From a virus, in the IMG/VR virus record IMGVR_UViG_3300008116_000018: DNA of 64,000 nt; one strand, 5' to 3'. The notes beneath the pieces were generated by a model. The model saw only the letters and a program-made list of their open reading frames with translations. It did not search any database and had not been told where the DNA came from. The position numbers were made by a program, and so were the translations under genes. Below are positions 7,580 to 17,286 of this stretch, piece after piece. The number at the start of each line of letters is the position of its first letter. Within the stretch, counting starts at the first letter, position 1.

Positions 7580-8767
7580 TTAGAACGGTACTTCATCAAC
7601 TGCTGGCGCAGGAGTCACTTCCGCAGTAGGGTCGATGCCAGCATCAATCTTGGTATACAAATCAAGGAATGATGTTTTGGTTTCTGCATCAAAGCGGTTG
7701 ATACAGTACTTGATTGCTTCCATCTTATCATTGAAGATAGTGTATGCTTCGGCAATGTGAGACAAACGGCGAGTGGAAATCAATTCATCGATAGCGCCTT
7801 CTTCGAAAGTCTTACGGATGATATCAGCCCACTTCACAAGATTTTCTGCAAATGCTTTGTCATCGATACCGAGACTGGTAAACAACTTAGTCAAAATCTT
7901 TGTTTCAACTTTAGTGTCAGGATATTCCTGTTCAACCGTAATTGGAAAACGCTCAAGGAACGCATCATCAAGAATCGTAGCGGCCATGTAGCGACCAGAC
8001 TCATCACCTTTACCTTTAGTATTGGCAGTAGCGATAACGTTGAAACCCGTAACTGGTTCAACAAATTCACCAGTCTTCTTAACGAACAAACCTTTGCCTT
8101 CAAGTACACCTTGCAAGCACATTAGTTTATTTGAACCACGATCAATTTCATCAAGAATCAAAACGGCACCAGACTTCATTGCTTGAACAACTGGACCATC
8201 AAACCACTTTGTCTCTCCGTCAATCAAACGGAAGCCACCAATCAAATCGTCTTCATCAGTCTCAGGTGAAATATTCACACGGAGACATTCCGTTTTCAAT
8301 TGGGCACAGGCTTGTTCGACCATGAAAGTCTTGCCGTTACCAGAGAGACCAGAAACGAATACTGGATAAAATTTCTTTGATGCAACAATGCGTTTCATGT
8401 TGTCAAAGAATCCAAAAGGAACATACAATGAATTCACTTTAGGAATAATTGCACCTTCTTGCATACGTGCAACGGAGGACATTTTTGCTACTGCCTTTGC
8501 AACAGGAGCCATGATAGGTTGTGTAATTGGCATAGCAGAAACTGGATCGGATTTGACTAGTGCAAGACCAGCCATGTTAACATTAAATTCTTGGAGGGGC
8601 AATTCGTATTTGCCACGACCACAACGGTACTGGTCGGCTTCGAGCCAGAAGTGGCGCTTGCTACCAAGTTCTTCAGAAAGTGTCACCAATTGCTGGCGGG
8701 TCACAACGGCACCGAAACGTTTAGCGGCTTCGGTAACGAATGTAGCCTTTTCACTTTGCGTAATCAT
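7580..8767 (-). CDS. cobS: CobS/MoxR-like AAA+ ATPase
   Basis: GLSGNGKT Walker A, LILDEID Walker B, ATANTKGKG, DAFLERF. Confidence 0.9.
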   Translation of the reverse strand: MITQSEKATFVTEAAKRFGAVVTRQQLVTLSEELGSKRHFWLEADQYRCGRGKYELPLQEFNVNMAGLALVKSDPVSAMPITQPIMAPVAKAVAKMSSVARMQEGAIIPKVNSLYVPFGFFDNMKRIVASKKFYPVFVSGLSGNGKTFMVEQACAQLKTECLRVNISPETDEDDLIGGFRLIDGETKWFDGPVVQAMKSGAVLILDEIDRGSNKLMCLQGVLEGKGLFVKKTGEFVEPVTGFNVIATANTKGKGDESGRYMAATILDDAFLERFPITVEQEYPDTKVETKILTKLFTSLGIDDKAFAENLVKWADIIRKTFEEGAIDELISTRRLSHIAEAYTIFNDKMEAIKYCINRFDAETKTSFLDLYTKIDAGIDPTAEVTPAPAVDEVPF

Positions 8768-8809
8768 AATATAATTGCCTTTCAGTTAAAAATCAATTTC
8801 AATACTAGT

Positions 8810-8869
8810 AGTATAACAGAGTATTTATGGTAAGTCAAGGGATGTTTTGATTGTTGTTTTTATACAACA
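8810..8869 (-). promoter_or_regulatory. Sigma70 promoter with upstream TGTTG-N8-CAACA dyad
   Basis: TTGACT(8838-8833)-N17-TATACT(8815-8810); dyad at 8852-8869. Confidence 0.75.
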
Positions 8870-11062
8870 TCAAGCAATTTCCTTGATTACCTTAGAGAGA
8901 AGAACACGGTTTGTCAAACGGTTTTGGTTCATTTTCATAAATGCGCCTTTCAACTTACGTGCGGAAACATCTTTAGCTTCACCAAGAATGTCACTTAGCG
9001 AATCATCATCGGTAGACAAATCTTCACCACCAGGGATCAGGAAGTACTCAGAGTATCCATATCCATTGACAGAGAAAAACTTTTCATTACGAAATTGTTT
9101 GTATCCATCATCAGTCATTATCATATTGAAACGTGACATTGCATTTTGGAAGTAACGTCTGCTTTTTGGCAAGATATAGAATCCAATCAAATTGCAACCA
9201 GTACGATCCTTTAGAATTTGCAATAACGTTGGCGTTACACCTTTGTCACTCACACGATAATTCTTTGCGGAATCTTTGTCTTCAATATAAGATACTGAAC
9301 GATAGTCAGACGGTCCGATACGGGTTGAACGATTATCACCAGATGAAGTCCACATTGTACTGCTGTCTTCTCCGTCTGTTAAAAAGATAACATTCACAAT
9401 TTCAGACCGAGTACGTTTACGAAAATCATTCACTACATTAGATGCGACTTGAATTGTTGCATTCAATGGAGTACCACCAAGACCCATACCTTCTTTGATA
9501 TAACTTGATTTGTAATTTCTACGATAACTTGTGTAAGGCTTGTATGCATCGGCAACGTTCAACAAATCATTTGCAAATTTGCGATACGTTTGATTTTTCA
9601 TACTGCTAGACAAAATATTCATCAAAGAAAAATAGTCAATGTCTAATTGATTAGGTTCCATATCAATAGATTGATTTGGTCTGTCTATCAAATTCTTTCT
9701 ATACTCAGTACTGAATGCATAAACATCAAAAGGAATATTCACTTTGCGGCAGAAGGTTGTCATTGTAATCAACTGTTCGATTGTGCCAGACATATTGTCT
9801 ACCATAGAACCAGACCAGTCAATGAACATCACAATGCCGTGATTCTTACCTTGTGCAACTGCACCGATCTTGCGGAAGATATCATCATTGAATTTGTAAG
9901 TGTGCAATTTGTTGGTGTCAAGTGTACCAGTATCGGAGACTGTTACACGGCGCAACTCGGCCGCTTTCTTTTTCATTTCGAATTCTTTTACAAGATAAGC
10001 AATTGGATTCTTATTCTTGGCTTCAAATTTCATTAGCAAAGTAGAATCATAACGCTCATGCGCTTCCAATTCTTCATTATCAAAGAATGATTCATCAAAG
10101 AATTTCAACTCTTTAAAAGGAATAATATAATTCTTTAAATCGATTTTCTTTTGACTAGCAATCTTACCAACATTAATTTCTTTTGTTTCTGCAAGACCTT
10201 TTAATGCTTGCTGAAATTTTTCATCCGTTACAGATTTAACTTCATCACCATACACCTTTAATTCGTTAGGCATTGCCTGTTCGAATGTTGGCGTATTAGA
10301 ATAGCCATTGTCGAATTGATCTTCAGATTCGAAATCTTCATCACCGTCATCGGAGCCATTGGAATCATAATCATTTGGATTTTTGTCTTCATAGTCTTCA
10401 GTATCATCACCACCGAAAATATCATCACCAAAATCTTCATCATCGAATTCGCCATTCTCTTTGCGCTTTTCGAATTCTTCTTTAGCCTCTTGACGTTTTT
10501 GGTCTAACTCTGCTTTGCAAAATGCATACAAACGTTCGGTGATATCTTTCACTTGTTCAAACGAATCTGCTTTTTCAACTTCGTTGACGTATGACATTTC
10601 TTCGGCATTGAATTTGATACCTGCAATAGCACCAAGTTTAAAATGCAAATTGATTCTATCAATCAACATCATTGCATTTACATCTTGACCTTTGATGCCA
10701 AAGAAATCACGTTCAGTAAATTGACGATAAGCAATAGCCATTGGTTTACGCAAACCAGGATATCTGTCTTTCATTCTACGTTCGACCCTTGCATCTTCAA
10801 CCACATTCAGGAATGTAGAAAATGCAGAACCGCCAGCCTTTGCAGACTCAACGTATGATTGTGGTGTGTCTAATGCGTGACCCACTTCATGCCCGACCAA
10901 AAGGTCTGTCATTTCAGGTGTGGTGTCATTCATAATGGGAAGAGTAAGACGGCGATTAACGATATCGAATGATGCAGTTTGCACCTTGCGATACTCTACC
11001 GAAATATTCTCTGTAGCAAGTAACTTTGCTAGAGTGGATTTTGAAATTTGTGTATTAAGCAT
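8870..11062 (-). CDS. CobT-like protein: HEXXH metallopeptidase-like domain, acidic linker and vWA domain
   Basis: HEVGH, NVVEDARVE, Asp/Glu-rich linker, MIDAS motif DWSGSM and FLTDGE; adjacent to a MoxR-type ATPase. Confidence 0.85.
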   Translation of the reverse strand: MLNTQISKSTLAKLLATENISVEYRKVQTASFDIVNRRLTLPIMNDTTPEMTDLLVGHEVGHALDTPQSYVESAKAGGSAFSTFLNVVEDARVERRMKDRYPGLRKPMAIAYRQFTERDFFGIKGQDVNAMMLIDRINLHFKLGAIAGIKFNAEEMSYVNEVEKADSFEQVKDITERLYAFCKAELDQKRQEAKEEFEKRKENGEFDDEDFGDDIFGGDDTEDYEDKNPNDYDSNGSDDGDEDFESEDQFDNGYSNTPTFEQAMPNELKVYGDEVKSVTDEKFQQALKGLAETKEINVGKIASQKKIDLKNYIIPFKELKFFDESFFDNEELEAHERYDSTLLMKFEAKNKNPIAYLVKEFEMKKKAAELRRVTVSDTGTLDTNKLHTYKFNDDIFRKIGAVAQGKNHGIVMFIDWSGSMVDNMSGTIEQLITMTTFCRKVNIPFDVYAFSTEYRKNLIDRPNQSIDMEPNQLDIDYFSLMNILSSSMKNQTYRKFANDLLNVADAYKPYTSYRRNYKSSYIKEGMGLGGTPLNATIQVASNVVNDFRKRTRSEIVNVIFLTDGEDSSTMWTSSGDNRSTRIGPSDYRSVSYIEDKDSAKNYRVSDKGVTPTLLQILKDRTGCNLIGFYILPKSRRYFQNAMSRFNMIMTDDGYKQFRNEKFFSVNGYGYSEYFLIPGGEDLSTDDDSLSDILGEAKDVSARKLKGAFMKMNQNRLTNRVLLSKVIKEIA

Positions 11063-11068
11063 GTATGT

Positions 11069-11133
11069 ATCTTAACTCAGTCTCGAATAAATGTCAAGCG
11101 GTTTCTGCAACAGGTTGTTGTACCATGGCAACA
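11069..11133 (-). promoter_or_regulatory. Sigma70 promoter (probably leaderless transcript) with upstream TGTTG-N8-CAACA dyad
   Basis: TTGACA(11097-11092)-N17-TAAGAT(11074-11069), then 6 nt to the ATG; dyad at 11116-11133. Confidence 0.7.
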
Positions 11134-11696
11134 GTCTTGGGACGGATGATAACTGTCTGTGGCACTTCAATGTCGTTTTGTTTATAGTAGCGGTGCATTT
11201 TTACTGTAGCGGTAATGGTTGCTGTTTCACCTTCGGCAGGGAAATCTGCATTGCCGCTGAATACAATTACATTGCCGTCGGCATCTTCACAGATACGGAG
11301 AAGACTAGTGCCAGAATCAGCCCAGTAAAATTTAGGGCGATCAACGACAATTGCTTTTTTAACTGTTAGAGTAACAGTAATCTTTTTCTTTTCGGTGCCA
11401 ACGAATGTACGGGTTGCGTTTTTCTCTGCCGCTTGTGCAATCCATTGTGCTTTACGTTCTGCCATGGTGGCAATTGATTTGCGTACAGCAAGGACTTGTT
11501 TTTCTGTTAACTTGCCGTAACTGTTTAACGAACCAAGAAGGTTTGCATAGAATGAATTCTTTTCAGAATTAGAAATGAGGAATTGAACGATATCGCCTGC
11601 ATCGGGATACGTTTTGTAAAACGTTTTGGTGGCATTGTTTATGATGTTCCGCTTGATAGCGGCTTCATATGCGGCAGGATGTTCAACGTATGACAT
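11094..11696 (-). CDS. Hypothetical early protein
   Basis: 200-aa ORF with a GAGG SD and its own sigma70 promoter. Confidence 0.8.
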   Translation of the reverse strand: MSYVEHPAAYEAAIKRNIINNATKTFYKTYPDAGDIVQFLISNSEKNSFYANLLGSLNSYGKLTEKQVLAVRKSIATMAERKAQWIAQAAEKNATRTFVGTEKKKITVTLTVKKAIVVDRPKFYWADSGTSLLRICEDADGNVIVFSGNADFPAEGETATITATVKMHRYYKQNDIEVPQTVIIRPKTVAMVQQPVAETA

Positions 11697-11727
11697 AAAT
11701 TCCTCTGTAATCTCAATCTATATATAG

Positions 11728-11789
11728 AGTATAGCATAGTAGGAATGAATGTCAACGATTATTTGACGTACTGTTGCATCAAAACAACA
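11728..11789 (-). promoter_or_regulatory. Sigma70 promoter with upstream TGTTG-N8-CAACA dyad
   Basis: TTGACA(11755-11750)-N16-TATACT with a TG extension; dyad at 11772-11789. Confidence 0.7.
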
Positions 11790-11853
11790 TATTTGTGCAA
11801 AATAAAGGGCTTTTCCTTAAAAACACAGCAAAAAACCCTTTAAAATCAACAAG

Positions 11854-13428
11854 TTACGGCTTGTAAAAAACAAAAATCGGTTCATACTTCAACCACATCC
11901 CGTTTACTTTGCAGAAATTCTTTGCTTTTGGCAAACCAGTGTCAGGGTCGATACGATTGCCGCCTGGCATTTGTGCTAGTGCCATCTTAACCACACCTTT
12001 GAATTGCATACCGAGTGATTCCAAAATGTCTTTGCTATCTTTTTCAAGTGGCAACATGTCAGCACCAAACTTAGCATCAGCAATATTCCAAAGTAAGTAT
12101 CTGTCATTACGCAAATACTCAACAGCAGTCTCTAGCGTTGGACGCAAGAAACCTTCACGCCATGCATCATAGCCAGTAAACTTTTTATATGATTGCGTTG
12201 GGTCTTCACTATACGCTTCCTTAGCAAAGTAAGGAGGGCTAGTGAACACCATATCTAATTCGCCCTTGTACTTTTGGAACGAACTATCATCTCGGACAAC
12301 TTCAGAACCAAGTTGAAAAACTTCGTAAGTGTTTGACTGTTCGAACAAAACTCCTTCGTTCTTTGCGGAGTTATAGAACTCAGCCAAGTCGGCATATTTA
12401 GTACTAGGACTGCCGCTATCGCTAACAATGCTGTGATCGGTATTAGGATCAGTACCCACATAGTGTAAAGGAAGAGAAGTGCGAGAAGCCATAGCACCCA
12501 AAATACGCCCACCCCAACCAGAAGAGGGATCGTAAACAACAATTCTGTCTTGGTTCTTAACGTGTCTAGTAAATTTTTCATAAAGAAGTTTTGCAGTCAA
12601 AGGTGGGAAGTTAACAGCATATTGGCACCACGATACACGAAATGCTTTCAAGCCAACAGGAAAAATCTTTTGTCCGTACTTGTACATACGCAGACGATAC
12701 TTCTTCTGGTCATGCGACTTTATGTTCATTGTAGACTTAGATGGAATTGTCTCTAGAATTTCTTGCGTCACTTCAAGATACTTTACGCCCTTGAGTTGTT
12801 CATTGTAACCACTATACTCTTCATCATCATCACGACTCTCTACCCAATAGTCATAACCATACTGACGAATGTTGTTCTCTTCAAACCAACGAACAAAATC
12901 ATCGCCATTCTTAAACTTCACATTATAAGAACCAACGTTGATAATCTCATTGACTTTAACAGTATTTGAATATGCATAGAACGAATCACGTTTGAAGTGT
13001 CGCTTAGAATACTTCAAAGTCTTCTCAAGCAATTCATCTTTCAGAAAGTGGTCATAGATTGAAAGCCCATCGTCATTCTTAGTGTAGTTGATACGTGTCT
13101 TCATCATGGTTGGAAACCATTGATTAGCGGCATTGCCAACTACGCTAGTGTTTCGAATTACATCTTTCTCACCAGTTAATTCGTCAACGTGTTCAAACTC
13201 ATGCACAGAGAATCCATACATCTCTTTGAATTGTTTTTTGATTGCATCTTCACTCCAACCAACTCTTGGTGGTTGACCCATAGTGTCCCATGAGTGTACA
13301 ACTGCTTTACGCAAATCAATAAACCATTGACGAAATTCGTCTTCAGTCATCCATTGCACTTCTTCAAATGTCTTGTTTGTTTCGTGGTTCAATAACCAAT
13401 CGTTACGTTCATAAAAATGTTTTGTCAT
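11854..13428 (-). CDS. SAM-dependent DNA amino-methyltransferase-like protein (N6-A/N4-C type)
   Basis: YDPSSGWGGR (motif I), VGTDPN, FTSPPYF (motif IV). Start MTKHF by ATGA overlap. Confidence 0.85.
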   Translation of the reverse strand: MTKHFYERNDWLLNHETNKTFEEVQWMTEDEFRQWFIDLRKAVVHSWDTMGQPPRVGWSEDAIKKQFKEMYGFSVHEFEHVDELTGEKDVIRNTSVVGNAANQWFPTMMKTRINYTKNDDGLSIYDHFLKDELLEKTLKYSKRHFKRDSFYAYSNTVKVNEIINVGSYNVKFKNGDDFVRWFEENNIRQYGYDYWVESRDDDEEYSGYNEQLKGVKYLEVTQEILETIPSKSTMNIKSHDQKKYRLRMYKYGQKIFPVGLKAFRVSWCQYAVNFPPLTAKLLYEKFTRHVKNQDRIVVYDPSSGWGGRILGAMASRTSLPLHYVGTDPNTDHSIVSDSGSPSTKYADLAEFYNSAKNEGVLFEQSNTYEVFQLGSEVVRDDSSFQKYKGELDMVFTSPPYFAKEAYSEDPTQSYKKFTGYDAWREGFLRPTLETAVEYLRNDRYLLWNIADAKFGADMLPLEKDSKDILESLGMQFKGVVKMALAQMPGGNRIDPDTGLPKAKNFCKVNGMWLKYEPIFVFYKP

Positions 13429-13880
13429 GTTATCTGTTTTACTGTTATTCCACATTTATTTAGGAAATTGATTCCTGCATCATCACGATAATCTTCGGCA
13501 TAGAAGACTTCTTTAATACCTGTTTGAAATATCATTTTAGCACAGTCCATGCATGGAGCGCAAGTGATAAACATACTTGCACCATCACCACTCTCGGTAG
13601 ACTTAGCAAGTTTGGCAATTGCATTAGACTCGGCATGGAGAACTTCGGGTTTTGTTTTTAATTGTTTAATCTCTCTTTGTGGCACTCCGTCAACTACTGC
13701 AACCACTACTTCTTCTTCACAATTGTTATCCCATCCACTTGGCATACCATTGTAACCGATTGAAATGATTCTGTCATCTTTAACGACAACAGCACCAACT
13801 TGTTTGCGTCTAGCAGTACTCAATTCGGCAAAGACTCTTGCAGTCTTCATGTATGCGCCAAGATATTTTTCTTTAATCAT
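13425..13880 (-). CDS. cd: dCMP deaminase
   Basis: VGAVVVKDDRIISIGYNG, HAESNAI and PCMDC zinc motifs. Confidence 0.93.
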   Translation of the reverse strand: MIKEKYLGAYMKTARVFAELSTARRKQVGAVVVKDDRIISIGYNGMPSGWDNNCEEEVVVAVVDGVPQREIKQLKTKPEVLHAESNAIAKLAKSTESGDGASMFITCAPCMDCAKMIFQTGIKEVFYAEDYRDDAGINFLNKCGITVKQIT

Positions 13881-14124
13881 TATCAAATTTTTCTGTCTGT
13901 TCAAAACGTCTTTCTTGAATCGTTTTTTCTTTCCATACTTTTCTAGGATTTGCACACATCACGCAATTTGGATTCCCACAATCTAAGACATGATGTTTAG
14001 CTAATTGATGCGGAGACTCAACTGGTATATTATACGCTTTTGCAATTTTCAATTGCTTTCGTATTGCGTTTTCGTCTTCAAGGATTCGTTTAGATTTTTT
14101 AAATTTATCTTCTTCGTTACTCAT
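13873..14124 (-). CDS. Hypothetical protein with a CxxxxCxxC motif
   Basis: HHVLDCGNPNCVMCANPRK; GGAG SD. Confidence 0.7.
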   Translation of the reverse strand: MSNEEDKFKKSKRILEDENAIRKQLKIAKAYNIPVESPHQLAKHHVLDCGNPNCVMCANPRKVWKEKTIQERRFEQTEKFDND

Positions 14125-14146
14125 GTTCGACTCCTTTGAATATTAA

Positions 14147-14911
14147 TTAAGCTACATTCCAGATTAGTGCGCCTGGTTTCCCACTACTCACTACAAACTG
14201 CCAAAGTTTAGCATCGTAGTATTTCTCAGATGGATATGGAGGTGCTTGACTCTCTTCCACTACTTGGTCATACTTGTAAGGTGAACGCATAGTGATAGCA
14301 CGACCTTTTTCATAATCACTCATCTTGTGTCCAATCTCTACTGCATATGCAGGCACATCAGGAAATGCTAATTGCAGTCCACGATTTAACGTTCCGCTTG
14401 ATGCAACAGTCCAAATCTCTGTTGGCTTGATATTTAAATCTCTAGCAACTTTAACAATCGATGCAAGCACAGATGGATGTTCTAACCCCAAAGGCAAACA
14501 TTGTCTGCGCTTTGTATCTTCTTCTTGATAACGTCTTGCTCTTGCTTTTGTCACAGTAAGCATACCATTGTCAACCCAATGAATAGTGCCGCCAAGGTCC
14601 AATACTCTTTGCTGATGCCATGTAGGCTCTTTGCGTTTAGCCATAAAGAACGTTGCTTTTTTTCCATAGAGATTACATACATAGGTTAATGATATAGGAC
14701 CCCAACCAACTTTGTTTGCACCACCAAAGACCCATTCGTCACATTCGGTAGTCTTCACAAGATGGTCGATGAATCGACTCTTACTTCCATACTCTAATAA
14801 GTCATCACGCACAACATGAAAGCCATGGTGCATCTCGACTATCGGTGCAGGGTTTGGGTCTTTCCAATCTTTAATTATATCAGAAACTTCTTCAGGATAC
14901 AAGCGACTCAT
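14147..14911 (-). CDS. PLP-dependent enzyme, fold-type II (ACC deaminase/D-cysteine desulfhydrase-like)
   Basis: VVRDDLLEYGSKSR (PLP lysine region), VASSGTL phosphate loop, YDAK, LIWNV. Confidence 0.75.
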   Translation of the reverse strand: MSRLYPEEVSDIIKDWKDPNPAPIVEMHHGFHVVRDDLLEYGSKSRFIDHLVKTTECDEWVFGGANKVGWGPISLTYVCNLYGKKATFFMAKRKEPTWHQQRVLDLGGTIHWVDNGMLTVTKARARRYQEEDTKRRQCLPLGLEHPSVLASIVKVARDLNIKPTEIWTVASSGTLNRGLQLAFPDVPAYAVEIGHKMSDYEKGRAITMRSPYKYDQVVEESQAPPYPSEKYYDAKLWQFVVSSGKPGALIWNVA

Positions 14912-15992
14912 ACAGTTCTCCTTCAGAAATTGCGTCTATGACTAAGTGAATTCTATTATCTGTTCCATTGTTGATTGCTTGATGTGGCTTACGTGTATCT
15001 AAGAACCACAAGTCTCCAACGTCCATATGTATCTTCTGTGGAGTACCTTTAGTGTCCCACACAGTAAAAATCATGTTTGGATTAGTAATGATTGGTATGT
15101 GTAGTCTTGCAAGTTTGCCTTTAGAACCACCAGAGTCTTTATCAACTTGATCGGTATGTCTTTCAAGTTCTCCACCGCCAGGTTTCAATTGCATGAAACG
15201 AACACGATGCACTTCTTTGTATTTACTTAACAACTCACGCACCTCAGGAAACATATCGTAGAGTGGTGTGTCTTGCAATTCAAATTTCACATCTTTGTTT
15301 TTTTCTTTCCAGTCATCACTCATCTCTGAAGGCTTTGTGATGAAGTCTGATTCTGGACGATAACCACGTAGTGACAATGCAGACCATGCTTTATCTTTGT
15401 TGTAGTTACTATAATGATTTGTGAATGCAGGTAATGTTGCTAACTTAGCAGAAACAGATTGAATAAACTCTGGCATGATTGCACCAATCTTTTTGATACT
15501 CAAATATTCTGTTGATTCTACTTTAGGAAACGAACGTGGAAAAGGACTATTGCTCTTAAAGTAAATTGCATGTACTTCTCCGTATGTTGTGATCTTAGGA
15601 CCAACATAACAGAAACCTAACTCTTCAGCTAAGTCGCAATGTGCTTTGTTCTCTGCCCATACAGTTAGCCAAAAATCTCTACCCGACAATACAGAAATTT
15701 GTTGTTTGATAGTATTGATGTTGCCCGAAAGTTTTCCAATCGAAACATCACCCTTTACTTTTGTTGCAATAACTGTGTCGCCATGCATCGTAATGTCTGA
15801 TGCAACTTTGTTTACTGTTACGTCAATCATTGCATCACCAAGCAAAACAAGAGTTCCTTTTTTCAAAGACTCTGCAATATTGTTCTTCTTATACTTTGCA
15901 AAAGGCGATAACGTATATGCATTGTAGTCTGCATACTGCGTTTCAAGTCCCTTGAGATAATCTATGTCATACCCATGTTGCCAAGGTTTCAT
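14892..15992 (-). CDS. Fusion: degenerate GNAT-like N-terminal domain and Asp/Asn beta-hydroxylase-like 2OG-Fe(II) oxygenase
   Basis: LTVWAENKAHCDLAEELGF resembles GNAT motif B. C-terminal HTD...RLHIPIITN...KPHQAIN...RIHLVID. Confidence 0.65.
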   Translation of the reverse strand: MKPWQHGYDIDYLKGLETQYADYNAYTLSPFAKYKKNNIAESLKKGTLVLLGDAMIDVTVNKVASDITMHGDTVIATKVKGDVSIGKLSGNINTIKQQISVLSGRDFWLTVWAENKAHCDLAEELGFCYVGPKITTYGEVHAIYFKSNSPFPRSFPKVESTEYLSIKKIGAIMPEFIQSVSAKLATLPAFTNHYSNYNKDKAWSALSLRGYRPESDFITKPSEMSDDWKEKNKDVKFELQDTPLYDMFPEVRELLSKYKEVHRVRFMQLKPGGGELERHTDQVDKDSGGSKGKLARLHIPIITNPNMIFTVWDTKGTPQKIHMDVGDLWFLDTRKPHQAINNGTDNRIHLVIDAISEGELYESLVS

Positions 15993-16492
15993 TTTTTTAC
16001 CTTACGTTTTAGAATCATACGTTTACGCATTGCACGTTGTGCTTCAAATGCTGAAGCCTTTTGAGTATACACTTTTCCAAGCATATGGTCAAACTCATGC
16101 AATGCAATTCTGGCAGTCATGCCAATAAACCTTTCAGTTCTTGTTTCACCATTTTCATCTTGAAAACGAATACGTATCGAATCTGGACGTTTAACATTCA
16201 AGTACAACAAAGGAAAACTTAAGCAACCTTCTTTCATTGTAAGTTCTTTATCTGATACATCAACAACTCTTGGATTGAACACTGCGTATGGTTCATTAGC
16301 CGTTCTCATAACAAAAACACGATATGGGTGTCCGACTTGATTTGCTGACAAGCCAAGCCCATCACTCTTCACCATCTTGTCGTGTAGTGCTTGTGCAAAC
16401 TCTTTTGGGTCGAATGGTGGATTTGAGAAATCAAACTCTTTGCATTCTTGCAAAAGAATGGGTGATGTTTCTGAAACAAATTCAAGGTTCAT
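15989..16492 (-). CDS. def: Peptide deformylase
   Basis: GLGLSANQVG, EGCLSFP and HEFDH motifs. Confidence 0.95.
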   Translation of the reverse strand: MNLEFVSETSPILLQECKEFDFSNPPFDPKEFAQALHDKMVKSDGLGLSANQVGHPYRVFVMRTANEPYAVFNPRVVDVSDKELTMKEGCLSFPLLYLNVKRPDSIRIRFQDENGETRTERFIGMTARIALHEFDHMLGKVYTQKASAFEAQRAMRKRMILKRKVKK

Positions 16493-16670
16493 GGGATTCT
16501 CCTAATACATAATTTTCTGCGAAATTTTCAGCTTCATCTATATTATTAAAGAATGCTACAAAGTATGAGCCAAATTCATTTCGCATTCTAACTTTATAGA
16601 ATCCTTCATCGTAATGAACGTGCGCTTCTCTATCGATATCTGTTCCATAATGTTCACTGAGTATTTTCAT
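16482..16670 (-). CDS. Hypothetical protein
   Basis: 62 aa from MKILSEHYG after an AAGGA SD; ends AENFAENYVLG. Confidence 0.7.
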   Translation of the reverse strand: MKILSEHYGTDIDREAHVHYDEGFYKVRMRNEFGSYFVAFFNNIDEAENFAENYVLGESHEP

Positions 16671-17286
16671 TTTTATGTTCCTTTCCAGTATTAAATGATA
16701 TTGAAATTCTGTCTTCATTTATATTTGAATTTCTATCAACTGAGTGTTCCATCCATGATGGAAATATAATTATCATATTTTCTTTACAAGGAAACATTGC
16801 ACCACTACTAAACCAAGGATAGTAACTCACTTCATTCTCTTTAAAATTCCAAAAATGCAAATAAGAGTCCATCAAAGGTGCCATTGGATTTTCAAATCTA
16901 ATATTTCCACAATTTTCAGGAGTTTTAACGTAAAAAGTTCCCGATAAAATTGATCCAGTATGACGATGTGAATTATTATAATTTCCATATTGATTTATGT
17001 TAATCCACAAATTACCAATATCCAATTTAGGAACAATACCAATATTAGAAGAAACTTTGTTTATTCCAACACGAATTTCATTGAGAAGTTTTTTGAATTC
17101 TATATTTTTAATCGACTCTATATCAACATTACCACTCTGCCAACCTCCACAATTACTTTTTTCATTTTTAACGGTCGTGTTGTTTTTTAAATCATAACAA
17201 AAATCTGCAATTTGATTAACATCAAGCGTTAAATCTTCGACAGAAAATGGTTGAGGAAATACTGCTTCTACATTATATAAGTTCAT
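16654..17286 (-). CDS. Putative 2OG-Fe(II) oxygenase (TIGR02466-like)
   Basis: SNCGGWQS, WININ..GNYNNSHRH, LSGTFYV, FPSWMEHSV, RISISFN. Confidence 0.85.
   Translation of the reverse strand: MNLYNVEAVFPQPFSVEDLTLDVNQIADFCYDLKNNTTVKNEKSNCGGWQSGNVDIESIKNIEFKKLLNEIRVGINKVSSNIGIVPKLDIGNLWININQYGNYNNSHRHTGSILSGTFYVKTPENCGNIRFENPMAPLMDSYLHFWNFKENEVSYYPWFSSGAMFPCKENMIIIFPSWMEHSVDRNSNINEDRISISFNTGKEHKNENTQ

Noticed and set aside
7580-11062. Cobalamin biosynthesis auxiliary genes
   Set aside because: This is the MoxR-type AAA+ and vWA pair common in T4-like phages; no CobN or other cob genes are present in the window.
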